DNA from: Podarcis gaigeae
Taxonomy: Eukaryota
Strand: one strand, 5' to 3'
Assembly: GCA_964106915.2 (NCBI GenBank)
Contig: OZ066921.1
DNA: 64,000 nucleotides
Notes under the pieces: model-generated
The model's database searches: none
Told to the model about the DNA's origin: nothing
Seen by the model: only the letters and a program-made list of their open reading frames with translations
In this document: in pieces, positions 37,645-50,195 of the stretch
Layout of the letters: each line of letters starts with the position of its first letter
Position numbering within the stretch: the stretch's first letter is position 1
Position numbers and translations under genes: made by a program

Positions 37645-38256
37645 GGGTTGTATCCAATGTTAGTCTAACTCAAAGGAGACCTATTGAAATTGATGGATGT
37701 GACAAAGGGCTCATCCACACTTAACCTCTGTCCTGTGCTTTCTAGGCACATGTCTGTGCTTTCCTGGTCTGTGTCCAAGTGCTCTCCCCACCCCCCACCA
37801 CCTCTTTCACAAGGAAAACCCACTCTTTCATGCTGAAGTGGAACAAATGGCAATTCAGTGGAATAGTGCTAGCGTTTAAAAGGGCACTTAAAAATGGAGC
37901 TTTAAAGTGTGGGCCTGTGCCTAGAAACATGACACAAAAGCAAGTCTGGATGATCCCTAACTTAAGTGCATTAATTTCAATGGGTTTATTCTAAGTGCTT
38001 GTCCACACTTCCTCTTGTCCCACTGCTTCCCGCACTATTTAGCATTCAACTTGAGCAAGCGGCAATTCAGGTTTTCTCCAGATGGACGTTTGCTCCAATT
38101 TAGCATTAAAAGGTGGGTTTTCTCTGGGGAAGGGAGCAGGGCAAGGAGAAAACTGCTTGGACCCATGCCTAGAAAGTGCAGGTCAAACCACTTGGAGCCA
38201 CACTTTCTAGGCACAGGACAAGTGGAAGTATGGATGAGCCCTTAGTTGGATGAACC

Positions 38257-38257
<1 letters not shown>
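37645..38257. mobile_element. Short palindromic repeat split by two PIF/Harbinger-like MITEs (37707-37957 and 37995-38241)
   Basis: Host ends GGGTTGTATCCAA / TTGGATGAACCC; an intact relative is at 50872-50979. Insert TIRs are GGGCTCATCCACACTT / AAGTCTGGATGATCCC and GTGCTTGTCCACACTTCC / GGAAGTATGGATGAGCCC, flanked by TAA/TTA-like triplets. Confidence 0.7.

Positions 38258-38311
<54 letters not shown>
38258..38311. repeat. (ATT)n microsatellite
   Basis: About 18 perfect units. Confidence 0.97.
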
Positions 38312-38312
<1 letters not shown>

Positions 38313-39399
38313 TGGCAGAAGTGGTAGGCTGTTGCTGTGAGGAGTTGAAGTTACACCATATCTGCTCTGTTTCAGACATTCTGCCAATATTTAGTTATGA
38401 AAAAGGGGGAACCAATAACTAATAAGGATAGGATAACTGGAAATACGCAGAAGGAGATTGAGGACAGGTAGACAAGAGCAAATGTAAAAATAGCGAACAC
38501 TGCCAGGGCTCCTTCCCTGCCTGTAGTGATAGTTATAAAAGCAGCTCAAGGTCTATAGGTTAATAGAGAATGTATTAAGTCACAAAACTCTAGGGCTGAA
38601 GAGATGTGATGTTTCTCCTAATCCAACTTGCTTCTCTGAATCAAGATTTAATTTATTGACATATAGCAACAAAGTTCATTTCAAAATACTGAGATATCTC
38701 TGCAAATTGGCACATGGCATAGTAAGTGGTGAGAGGCAGATCCCTACAATTAAGAAATGCACAAGAAAAGGCTATTTTACCTGGACCCTCCTCTACTGGT
38801 GATATTACCATTGGTGATGTTACCTGGGGTTACAGCACAAAGCTGACCTCAGCTGTTTGGAATCTATTAAATTCCTACTTTTGCAGGCCCTTATCAGGCA
38901 GCCATCCAGAGGCACACACAACTCCTGCTATTAACCCTGATCTCTATGTTAGTTCCCTTTTGCCCATATTCTGCCGCATTCCCTACCCATTGTGGAGTCT
39001 CAGCATCTCTTAAAAGCATCTCTCTGCAGCGATGCCTGCCTTCTGGCCATTACACATTTCCTTGTCTTCCCAGCACCAAACATAAAGGAACACCTGTCTT
39101 TGGCCAGGGTAGTTGACTTGATAGGTGCAGTGTAATGGAGGACTACCCCCTATTGCAGAGACTGATAACATGGCTGGCCCTGGAATAAAAATGGCATCCC
39201 AGTAGCCAAATAAAAGGGCAGGGTATGTTCACTTATTCCTGTGCCCTGAATGACTCTATGTAAAATGGAGTGCACTATATGGTGAAGTTATTCAGTTTTA
39301 CTAAATACCTGCACAAAGCAATGTGTATCTAGTCAAAATTCTGCCTGCCACTGCTATGACAGAGATCGCCTACCTCAAGTACTACTACTAAAATGAGGC

Positions 39400-39549
39400 T
39401 GCATTTTAAGCTGTATTTTAATTGTTTGTTTGTTTGTTTGTTATTGTTTCTTCTATTACGTTTTATTGTAATTCATATTTGGTGTTAGCTGCCCTGAGCC
39501 CGGCCCTGGCCGGGGAGGGTGGGGTATAAATAAAAATTTATTATTATTA
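39400..39549 (+). mobile_element. L2-type LINE 3' terminus with (TTA)n tail
   Basis: TTAGCTGCCCTGAGCCCGGCCCTGGCCGGGGAGGGTGGGGTATAAATAAAAATTTATTATTATTA. Confidence 0.65.
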
Positions 39550-40542
39550 AGTAGCAGAAGCTTGCAATATATAAATCATCTTTCAAGGTGCTCCTGAGTA
39601 AGATGGAAAAGCCTATCTTATTTCTCCTCTTTTTTAATCACCTCAAATCACCTCAAAATAATTGGTCCTCGAGCTGCTGCAACCCCTGCATTAACATGAT
39701 CCTTTTCAATTATTATACAAAAAAATAACAAGAAAGAGATATTTGGAAATCTATCCATTATCTGGTTGCATTCTCCATATGGCCATAACAACAGAGAGAG
39801 AAAGAAAAAAATCTGCCATTTGTCCCCCAAACCACATATTTAATCCATGTGCTTATGTCAAACTTAATTACAGCACATTTGGCATAAAATAACAATCCAC
39901 ATCCTTGGAGAGGAGAATTTAAGTAGTTAATACGTGTGATTGAGTGAAATTGCTTTGCTGAATGTTTATGGGAAATTTAAGATGGATGAAATGTGATGAT
40001 ATTTTAACCATGTAGATGCCAGTTCTGGGTTTGAAATCTGCATTTTTCCTGCCATAACTCCAGTTTTGGTTAAACTACCCAGCAATTGTGTCCTTAACAG
40101 CAGAATAACATGTAGAAATGAAAAAGATGACATATACTCCATCTCTACATGATAGGATGCAGTTTAAAACTTTGCAACCTCCAGAACAGACATCATATTT
40201 TTAGCACTTTAAGAACTTGTGCTTGAGCCTGCTTTTCCCTTCTCCCTCTCATCACTTTTCCCTTTTGTGTCATGTCTGTATAGCATGTGAGCCTGAGGGC
40301 AGGGACCATCTTAGCACAGATTTAGGTCAGGCTTGTAAGTCTCTGAGAACCCTTTTGGATAAAAGATGGGGAATAAATGCCTAAATAAATATATCCATGG
40401 TTACTGTTGCACCCAGAACACTCAGTATGAAGGTCGCCTTAAAAACATCTTCAGAGGGTTCATTAGATCTTAATACTGACAACCTGCTGATTGAACTATC
40501 AAAGACCAGGCTGCGTGGAGGAGCTACACATAGCCTTGATGT

Positions 40543-40682
40543 GGACAATAATGGTATTGTTTGTTTTTTTGTATCTATGCATATATGCATGAAGTGCTTT
40601 TTTTCATTGGGGACAATAATGGTATTGTTTGTTTTTTTGTATCTATGCATATATGCATGAAGTGCTTTTTTTCTTTGGGGAC
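40543..40682. repeat. ~68-bp tandem duplication including the left end of a MITE
   Basis: GGACAATAATGGTATTGTTTG...GAAGTGCTTTTTTTC.TTGG occurs twice (40543 and 40611). Confidence 0.95.
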
Positions 40683-40805
40683 GTAGGGGTACGCATACCC
40701 CTAAACATTTTGTGAATCTAAGTTTGGCCCCACTGAGGGGCAGTATTTCAATATGAGTAGGAAAATTAGAGTACCCCTAAACATTTTTTTAGAAAAAAAG
40801 CAATG
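40660..40805. mobile_element. hAT-type MITE
   Basis: Ends (C>A)AGTGCTTTTTTTCT / AGAAAAAAAGCAATG, an internal repeat TACCCCTAAACATTTT, and TSD TATGCATG / TATGTATG (7/8). Confidence 0.8.
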
Positions 40806-41230
40806 TATGTATGTATGTATGTATGTATTTCCCACCATTTCCCCCTGATGGGGCTCAAGGTGACTTACAGATAAAAACAAGAACTGCTAAAAACATAGAA
40901 ACATCAATAATTAAAACACAATTAAACACTGATAGAAACTACAGGCATACATAAAATCTGTTTAAAACATACCAGTAATTACAATAAAAACAGCACAAGC
41001 CCTCTCATTAAAAGCAGTCAATTCTCATTAAAAGCAGTCAATTCCCTGTTGGAACAAGAAAGACTTCACTTGCCAGTGGAAGAACAGCAAGGAGGGAGCC
41101 AGTCTAGCTTTTTTAGAGAGGGAGTTTCAAAGTCTGGGAGTAACCACTGAGAAGGGAGATGGGCTTCCCCTGAATACTGTATCTCAAAACCCAGGTAGTT
41201 TCATGAGGGAATATGGTCTTTCATATTCCT
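40806..41230 (-). mobile_element. L2-type LINE 3' fragment with (TATG)n at its tail
   Basis: TATTTCCCACC..GGGCTCAAGGTGACTTACA followed by an A-rich block, then GGAGGGAGCCAGTCTAGC..GGGAGTTTCAAAGTCTGGGAG..CACTGAGAAGG. Contains a 20-bp tandem duplication at 41003-41042. Confidence 0.65.
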
Positions 41231-43136
41231 GAACGTATTTTATCAAGCATTTTTATCAATAATCCCCTCATTTATTCTCTAATACATGAACAGGACCTAA
41301 TGGCTATAAAGCAGGGGGTACAGATCTTGGAAAGCTATAATGTGTCCCATGAAATGAAGATCCCCGTCCATATACAAGCACACATGAGCAACCAAGAGAA
41401 GCTTCTTAACCACCTTAAATGTGAGTGGGAACATTTTGCACCCACACTAACATTTTGTACTGCACATGAAAGGGAATTGTGCTATGCCTTGCATTGCTTG
41501 ATATCAACCCAGGACCATCAGTCAATAATGGCTCACACCATAATAGTGCATGACAAATTACAGGGGCAGTCATATGAGAAATCTGTTTGGTTTGATAGAA
41601 AGATCTACTAATAATGAGGGACTAAAGCTTAATTATTTGCTTCTTGCCTTGTTACCTAAAAGTTGAAAGTTAAACACCTAATCCCTGTCAGCCTTTCATT
41701 GATTATGGAGACAGAAATCATATCTGTTATCATATTGGATTCCTATTTCAGTCAGGAAGTTTGATGCCCTCTCCCATCTTACTCTGAGTAGTTAGTCCCT
41801 CTTCCCATGTCCACTGGAAATAACTGTCTCCTCTGCTAGATCTGAGATTCCAGACAGAACTTTCCCATGCCACCATCCCTCAAAATAGCCTGTGTTCCTC
41901 AGTATTTATAGCAGCAAGACTCTGCTGGGCTGATTTGTTTGGATTTCCACTGTTTTTGTGTTTAACTCACCCCTCACCCATGGGCAATTTCTTCAGGCTG
42001 TTACTGATGGGATATGTTTGGGTGGCAGAGACAGCATTCAAGATGGTAGCTGCGCAGAAAAGGCATGGGCTGCAGAGAGAGAGGGTGGGGCAGAGGTTTT
42101 GTAAGTAGCTGGGACAATGAGAACAAGGCAGGCAGTATGCCAAGCATGGGATGGCTGCCAAAACACAGATCATTAGCTTGGGCCAGCTATAAGCAAGGAA
42201 ATGAGAAACATATGTGGGAGAGCAAGGTTAGGAGTGAGGGCCTGTGGGTCAGTGACAGTCGTACGAAAACGTTTCCCTTGTTCTTCAGCTGCAGCCTGAC
42301 AGTGTCAAATGCCATTCTGGTAGCCTTGATTTCTCATGGTGCTCAAGCTTGTTTTGGCCTGATATGGTTTTTTGTTTCTCTTTCACTGATGGGAGCTTTT
42401 GGGAGGAGGAAGGGAACAGACAAGGAAGCCTTTCCCCTCCCCCACCCCGGCTATGGGAAAAAGCAGTGTTTTGTATACTGCTCCCAAAATTCCTAACACT
42501 TTTCTGAATAGCGGCTTTAAATCCCAACTGCCCTGGGAAGAAAGGGCGGAGTTCTCAAGTAGGTCTTGGTGTTCTTTCTTAAATGTAACTAGCTGCACCT
42601 CATTACCCGATACTGAAGGCCTTTTGTGCTTTTGCAGAGCTGTGCTACCTGAAAGCTGACATGCCGCAGCTTGTAGTATCTACTTTTATTTTATGATGCT
42701 AACTGTTTGGTTTTGACATCTTTTAACTATTCTCTATGTAGACTTCAAGTTAAGTTGTTTGCAAATAATTTTGATTTTCTCCCAAGTTTGCTGATCCATC
42801 AGTCAGCGAAACTTAGTGAACTGTCTACAGCTCCAGCATCTCTCGTTTTTCACTCATGAAGAGTTTACAGACAACAACTTATAGAAATTTTCCCACCTTT
42901 TCCCAATCATAGCACAGAGGGAGGTGAAACAGTATCTGGATATGGGAAGAGCTCTGGTTGACATGCAAGTTCCATTTTTTAATATTCTGGGATGTGTGGT
43001 GAGGTGTTGTTTGTTGTATTTATTTATGTTCCTTTGGGTGTTATGGTTTTATGTCTCATTTTTTATTTAAATTGTTTTTGTACTTATTCATTGTAAGTTG
43101 CCTAGTTAACCTTATGTTATCTATGTTGCATGTATA

Positions 43137-43511
43137 TTGGCATCCATCTGCCCAAGAGATAACAGATGAGTGTGCCATTGGGAGTAAAGTCAAACCGTCT
43201 GAGAGTTACAGTGCCTGCTGTGGCTGTAGAGACCAATACAGGAAAGACATATTTTATTGCAGCTGGGGCATATGAAGGCATCCAGTTTTGCTGTTACAGA
43301 TGTACCATGGACTTTATTTTCTCTGAGCCCCTCCCTGCGATCATTTTTCCTCTGGTCACGGATGTGGATACACAACCTGTCTGTCTCCAGGCACTGCTGT
43401 CAATTGCAAGGGATTCCCACACGGCGGGTTTAATGCTGCCAACCTACATGTCACATTTGCAGACACCTTTATAACGCAGAGTTGGTCTGCCAACAGGCCT
43501 GGTGCCTGCCA
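43137..43511 (-). mobile_element. RTE-clade LINE 3' fragment (same family as 23449)
   Basis: Minus ORFs read GTRPVGRPTLRYKGVCKCDM and AFICPSCNKICLSCIGLYSHSRHC. Confidence 0.85.
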
Positions 43512-43833
43512 CATGCTTGAGGTGGTAGGTGGTTTTGTCTATCTGAGCTCCACCATAACCAGCGACCTTTTCATTGATTCTGAGCTGTACAATCGTATTG
43601 GTAAGGCAGCTATAGCAATGGCCTCTCCAAAAGGGTATGGGAGAATGTGATGCTAACAACCAATACCAAGATGAAGGTCTACCAGGTTTGTGTGTTGAGC
43701 ATGCTCCTTTATGGAAGTGAGTCATGGGCAGCTTACACCTGCCAGTAGCAATGCCTCAATGCCTTCCATACGTGCTGTGTCAGGAATATTTTGGGTACTA
43801 CATAGCAGGAAACTAATGTCATAAGTAAATCAC

Positions 43834-43866
43834 AATTAATTAATTAATTAATTAATTAATTAATTA
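43834..43866. repeat. (AATT)n self-complementary microsatellite
   Basis: About 8 AATT units. Confidence 0.95.
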
Positions 43867-43925
43867 TTCTTATTCACATTCACACCTGGGAGTGCATGAT
43901 AAGTTTTAGGGTGGAGTAAGAAAGG

Positions 43926-44466
43926 GACAGCAGTCATGAAATTAAAAGACGCCTGCTTCTTGGGAGAAAAGCAATGACAACATCTTAAAAAGCAGAGACA
44001 TCACCTTCCCAACAAAGGTCCATATAGTAAAAGCTATGGTTTTCCCAGTAGTGATGTATGGAAGTGAGAGCTGGCTGATCGCCAAAGAATTGATGCTTCT
44101 GAATTATGGTGCTGGAGGAGACTCTTGAGAGTCCCATGGACTGCAAGAAGATCAAACCTCTCTATTCTTAAGGAAATCAGCCCTGAGTGCTCACTGGAAG
44201 GACAAATCGTGAAGCTGAGGCTCCAATACTTTGGCCACCTCATGAGAAGAGAAGACTCCCTGGAAAAGACCCTGATGTTGGGAAAGATTGAGGGCACAAG
44301 GAGAAGGGGACGACAGAAGATGAGATGGTTGGACAGTGTTCTTGAAGCTACCAGCATGAGTTTGACCAAACTGCGGGAGGCAGTGGAAGAAAGACAGGAG
44401 TGCCTGACGTGCTCTGGTCCATGGGGTCATGAAGAATCGGACACGACTAAACGACTAAACAACAAA
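43926..44466 (+). mobile_element. RTE-BovB LINE 3' fragment
   Basis: HEIKRRLLLGRKAMT, then RVPWTARRSNLSILKEISPECSLEG..LRLQYFGHLMRREDSLEKTLMLGKIEG.RRRGRQ.MRWLD. The 3' end reads CGGACACGACTAAACGACTAAACAACAA. Confidence 0.95.
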
Positions 44467-44518
44467 GAAAGGGAATCTATTCCAAATATTATTTTCTAAT
44501 GAAAGTTTAAAATACTTT

Positions 44519-44744
44519 AAAAAGGTAAAAGGACCGCTGACCATTAGGTCCAGTCGTGACTGACTCTGGGATTGCAGCACTCATCTCGCTTTATTGGCTA
44601 AGGGAGCCGGCGTACAGCTTCCGAGTCATGTGGCCAGCATGACTAAGCCGCTTCTGGCAAATCAGAGCAGCGCATGGAAACGCTGTTTACCTTCCTGTCA
44701 GAGCAGTACCTATTTATCTACTTGCACTTTGACATGCTTTCAAA
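44519..44744 (-). mobile_element. Sauria SINE, 5'-truncated
   Basis: Plus strand AAAGGTAAAAGGACC..CCATTAGGTCCAGTCGTGACTGACTCTGGG..GTCATGTGGCCAGCATGAC..TACCTATTTATCTACTTGCAC, which is the reverse complement of the Sauria SINE body and (ACCTTT) tail. Confidence 0.9.
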
Positions 44745-45819
44745 CAAAAGCTGGCTGCAATTCTGACTTGACACTGTAACAAGAATCCGAGGAAGTATTC
44801 TAGAGAAAGCAGGTGCCATACAGAACATGAAAATATCCAGTTACACTGGCCATTGCATAACAGAAAAATACATTTCCTGTTGGTCCTACAGCTGCCTACC
44901 TTCCTCCCTGTGAGCAGGGAACCAGCATGGGCTAAGGAAGAGCTGCTTGAGCTGAATGACTATACAACCCCATCTTATGCAGAAGCACCCATAGATGGCG
45001 CCTCTCATCCTATCCCAAGACAAGCAACAGTGCAGTTTAGGCATGTGTGGTGGTGGACCACACTGAGACAGTAACATTACTGAGACAGTAACAATCTTTT
45101 GGAGGTTCTAATAACAACACCTATTTGAGTCCTCACCCAACTCAAATTTGTCTCAGGAGTAGGTCAACTAATTGTTTCTTAATCTGCTTCCAAGGCAGAA
45201 ATTTTCTGGATTTCAACTCTCCTTAGGATTCCAGGGTATGGGCACTTGTGCTCCCTGGAAACTCTGGCCATAGTCACAACTCTTGTCCAGTTTTCCTTTG
45301 GCCACTGTTGGTCTCTTCAGGAAATGGTAGCAAACGCTCCCCTGCCTGGATGTCAACTCTCTTTATATTCCCTAAGGCTTTCAGGCCTTTAGGTAGCCCT
45401 TGGGAAGATGAGGAGAAAGGCTGCTCCAGAATTCTCACAGGCCACTAAGAGTCTCTGCAGGAGTCAATAAGCTGAACTCCCAGGCCTGAACTCTTTCCAG
45501 CAACATGAAAGATGTAGTGGCAAATACATCTAATGCCTAAAGTGTCAATTGAAATATATATCTGTCTGTTTCCTGCATACTGTGAAAGGCTGTCAGCCTT
45601 GAGAAAAAAGTTATGTGCAGTTTAGATATTCATCCATGCATCACTGTAAAAAAAAATAAAAATCTGAAGAGTCAATGCTATAATGCAGTAAACTCTGTAA
45701 ATAAATCTCAAGGTTCCACCCACATCTGCAGAAGTCTGTAAGTTTATCTGATAGCCATTCCTATCAGTTTTTCTTTTTTTAAAAGGTCACTTGATAGCAC
45801 TTCCTTTCATATAAAGACA

Positions 45820-46015
45820 CTGCCTTATAACAGGTCTGTCTGTCTACTCTGACTTGCAGTGGCTATCCACAATGGTCTCCTTGGGCAGAAAGAGGTAATT
45901 TCCACAGCCTGCTACCTAATCCCTTTTTAAACTAGAGATGACAATCAGGATGTTGAACCTGGGGGCCTCTGCATGCAAAGGAGCTGCTTTAGCACTCAGC
46001 TATATGTGCTTCCTC
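45820..46015 (-). mobile_element. tRNA-derived SINE (tRNA-Ala-like head)
   Basis: Minus head reads ATAGCTGAGTGCTAAAGCAGCTCCTTTGCATGCAGAGGCCCCCAGGTTCAA (A box, TGC loop, B box). The body is related to the copy at 25290. Confidence 0.6.
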
Positions 46016-47929
46016 CCCAAAGACGTAAATGGAAAATATTTTTTGCAGAACCATCTATGTATCAGGAACAACTCTCCTTGCTGCACTACTAAATGTTTCC
46101 CAGGAACCTTCAAAATCTTTTCTTTTTAAAAACTTTTTTTTAGAAATTTATAACCACAATGTAAATAATAAATAATTCCTAGATTGACAAGGAAAGACGA
46201 AAAGAAAAGGAATAACCTGTCAGCAACCCATAATCAATTAATACATTTTTTTACAGGTGGTCATTCACCCATATCACAAAGGCTTCAGCTTCTCATCACA
46301 TATATTCACCTTACATTGACTATACAACCATTGAGATAAGCCAGAAGGACATGACATGAAAATGTCTAGAATTCAGTGGCACGCAGTGTACTCACAGTCA
46401 GATACATTGTGTTTCTACATTCTAAATTAAACCAAGCAGCTATCTGTGATTTCAATATATTCTACGTGTAATCATCATTTTAATCAAATTGAGCCCCATT
46501 ACTCATTTTCCAGAGATCCTGCCTTTTTCATTTCTTTTTTGGAAGAAAGTGAGATCTGTTTTTTTTAAAACAAAACAATAAAATACATTTAAATTGACAC
46601 CCACAAGCAAGAAAACTATGAGCTACCCAGGAAAAGGATGAACGCCTCCCCTCAAAGGTTCAGGTACAGCCAAAGACAAGGATTTTCCCATGGAATACTG
46701 TTTTGATGGCTCATAGATGAGCTGCTCTTCTCCAGCTCTTGGTAAACACACCTTCTCCCATGCTTGATCTCTGCCACAAGAGGTAGTATGATGCAAACAA
46801 AGAATAAACCATAACTGGGTTTTTTTGGCTGACAATGGTGGTGTGATCATGGTTGCTCTTTGTTAATTTCTTGTGAGTTTGGTCGCACCCACACCATACT
46901 TACATACCACTAACAGACATGGCTTCCTCCAAAGAATCCTGGGGACTGAAAAGAATTGTTAGGAGATCCCCACAGAGCTACAATTCCCAATGGATGGATG
47001 GATACCATGCAGATCCAGTAATTTTTAAAATTTTAATTTGACAGTAAGGCTTAGAATTTCATCTATTGTCACCACTATTTGCCTCAGTTTTTCAGATTCT
47101 GTTCCTGAAGAACTCAGGCACAAGTATCATCCTTCTTAAGCACATCTTTAATTCACTTGTCATCCAACAATCCAACTAACTCCTTAGATGGTTTCCTGCT
47201 TCTAATATATGTTAAAAAATATTATTGTTAGTCTTATGTTTTCAGAGATGCGCTCCGCATTTATTAATATTGTGTACCCCTTATTATCTGCTTGCATTTA
47301 TTTTGCCAAAATTTGAGTTGGTTTTGGAAATGTATTTTGTTTTGTTTTTGGTTTTTTGCTGTTCATCTGCGTTATATTCTTGTATTTTTATTGTCAGACC
47401 TTCTTATGAATTATCAGTGGATTCTTTAATTTTATTGTTTCATTATTAATATGAGATGCTTTCATTAGTTCATTTTTATATAACTATTTAATTTTTTATG
47501 TTTTGTAACTCTTGGTGAATTATGTAAACCATTTTGATGTGAGCTGCCATGAGCATAATTTACTATGGAAAGGTAGCATACAAATAAATGATGATTTATA
47601 AGCTTTTTTCCGCAGGTGGCTTTGAGTGACAGATTGCTAAGCCCAGCCAACGGTAAATGGCCATGTACTTCAGGAAGCAACACTAAGACCGTTTGGGCAA
47701 ATGGGAGGAGGGCTGCCACAGTGCTAACTACTACAATGCAAGCTTTGCTGGATTTGCACCCCTCTCAGGCAAGACAGTATCAGAGAGTGTGTCTCAGAGA
47801 GGAAACCTGGCTTTTTCACCCGGATGTGCAGGAAGACTAGAGACACCAGGCAATACAAAAGTGACAGACTGGGCTTTGGCACACCAAGTGGTAGATAAAT
47901 GATTTTAAATAAATAAATTTTAAAGGGCA

Positions 47930-48210
47930 GAGTTGTGCCACAGCCTTTACTAGCTTTCTTGAGTCAGTATCCACTTTTTCCACACTATACATAATTTTAC
48001 ACATAATTTATCATATCCCCACTTGCTCGCCTTTTCTCTAAACACAAGTATTGTAACCTTTCCTCATAGGGCATTCAATCATGTTGGTTGCCCCTTTCCC
48101 AGTGTTATGATATCCATTTTGAAGTGCAGTGACTGGAAGTGAACACAGAAGCCCGTGTGGTCACACTAACAGGTATGTATAACGGCATTATGATATTGGC
48201 AGTTTTATTT
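47930..48210 (-). mobile_element. Decayed CR1 fragment
   Basis: TTGTAACCTTTCCTCATAGGG and GGCATTATGATATTGGCAGTTTTATTTTCA, similar to the CR1 minus-strand copy at 34.7 kb. Confidence 0.55.
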
Positions 48211-48689
48211 TCACATCACTTTTCTCAAATAAACTTTCCAAACCACATGGACTTTTCCAGTCCATTGGTCTTAAAAAGGAATTTATCTGAATGCCTCACA
48301 TGCAACTCCACAGATGCTAAGCTACACCTTTGTGTTCTAATAATGTTCCAGAAAGTTTTGTTAAGTTGTTTGTCTTCTGAGCTCCTTTAATACTTACATT
48401 TAATATTTCTAGTGCTGGGATTAAGGGATGGTTGTCAGGTAACATTAGTAAACCTCCCAAACAGTCAGATAGCCCATAAGGTTTGGGGCCAGAATTAGCC
48501 TGTGGTGCATCTATCAGGATTATTTCTGGGCAAACCCTTGCAGAAGGGGGCCTGCCACTATGAAAAATTATCCTCCCTTCTCCAAATCCATCATAGATAG
48601 GGACATCCACTGGTCCTTGAGCTAGAGTTGCCAACTGACCGCCCCCAAGCAACAACAGTCCAGCCAACTCCTATACCTTTATTAGAAAG

Positions 48690-49665
48690 GTACAGTCAGA
48701 AAGTTCTTCCTGATGTTTAATCAGAATCTCCTTTCTTGTAACTTGAATCTATTGGTTGGAGTCATACCCTCTGGAGCAGCAAAAATCAAGCTTGCTCCAT
48801 CTTCCATGTGACAGCCCTTCTCTCATTCTTTTCTTTTCCAGACTAAACATACCCAACTCCCTCAGCCATTCCTCATAAGACTTGGTTTCCAGACCCTTGT
48901 TCATCTTGGTCACCCTCCTCTGCACACATTCCAGCTTGTCAATATCCTTCTTAAACTGTGGTGCCTAGAACTGGACACAATATTCCAGGTGTGGTTTGAC
49001 CAAGGCAGAATAGAAAGGTTCTATGACTTCCCTTGATCTGGACACTAGACTTCTATTGATGCAGCCTAGAATAGCATTAGCTTTCTTTGCAGGGGCATCA
49101 CACTGTTGATTCATGTTACGTTTGTGGTCTACTAAGACTCCTAGATCCTTTTCACATATACAAGACAGGTGTCCCCCATCCTATATTTGTGCAGCTGGTT
49201 CTTTCTGCCTAAGTGTAGAACCTTACATTTGTCCCTATTGAAATTCATTTTATTAGTTTGGGCCCAGTTCTCCAACCTGTTAAGGTCATTTTGAATCCCG
49301 ATTCTGTCTTCTGTGGCATTATCTACCCCTCCCAGTTTGGTGCCATCTGCAAATTGGATGAGCATCCAAGTTGTTTATAAAGACATTCAGCAACAACAGG
49401 CCAAAGACAGAACCCTGTGGTACCCCACTTATCACTTTTTTCAGGATGACAGGGAACCATTACTGAGCACTATTTGGGTTTGGTCAGTCAACCAGTCAAC
49501 CAGCTACAAATCCACCTAACAGTAACCTCATCCAGCTTCTCCACAGGAATATCATGGAGCACCTTGTAAAAAGCATATGTCCACAGCCTTCCCTTGATCC
49601 ACCAAACTTGTAACTATCAAAAAAGGAAATGAGATCTGTCAGGCAGGACTTGTTTTGGAGAAACG
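48690..49665 (-). mobile_element. CR1 LINE RT region (different subfamily), internally deleted
   Basis: Minus ORFs read LIQFADGTKLGG..EDRIGIQNDLNRLENWAQTNKMNFNRDKCKVLHLGRKNQLHKYRMG and NKSCLTDLISFFD. Confidence 0.93.
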
Positions 49666-49989
49666 ATGGAGATTTGCTTAACAAGATCTGTATACCACTT
49701 AACTGTGAATAAAACATATAAGTGGTTTACAAAGACTATAAAATATACATTAAAATTTAAAGCAAGCTTATAAAAAATCAACATGTATAAAATCAAAAAT
49801 AAAAAAGGTCCTTCAGATTACCATTCCCTTGCCCCAAACAGAAAAAAATACTAGACTATATATTCATAAATTAATCTATTAAACTACAAATAAGCTCCAT
49901 TGGACACAATTTATACTTTAAAGTCAATGTCACTGAAGTCCATATAATTTACTGTTAGTCCCAGAATAAGTGTTTAGGAGTGTAGTCTT

Positions 49990-50195
49990 GGGACACATTC
50001 ACACTGTACATTTAAAGTGCTATAATACCTATTTAAACATTCATGGCTTCCCCAAAGAATTTTGGGAGCTGTAGTTTAAGAGAGTTGTGCTGAGAGTTGT
50101 TCAGAGGCCCCTATTCCCCTCCCAGAGCTAGAATTCCCAGAGTTCTATGTGAAGAGAGATTGATTGTTAAACCTGTCTGGAAATTGTAACTCTGA
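49990..50195. repeat. Unclassified squamate interspersed repeat (related fragment at ~46885-47010)
   Basis: CATGGCTTCCCAAAGAATTTTGGGAGCTG..CAGAGCTAGAATTCCCA is shared with CATGGCTTCCTCCAAAGAATCCTGGG..CAGAGCTACAATTCCCA at 46918. Confidence 0.6.

Noticed and set aside
44125-44499. 124-aa protein-coding gene
   Set aside because: It is the C-terminal remnant of the BovB ORF in a truncated copy with internal deletions.
45062-45093. Short tandem duplications (also ~33803, ~39637, ~47989, ~49484)
   Set aside because: Ordinary 10-25-bp slippage duplications with no sign of function.
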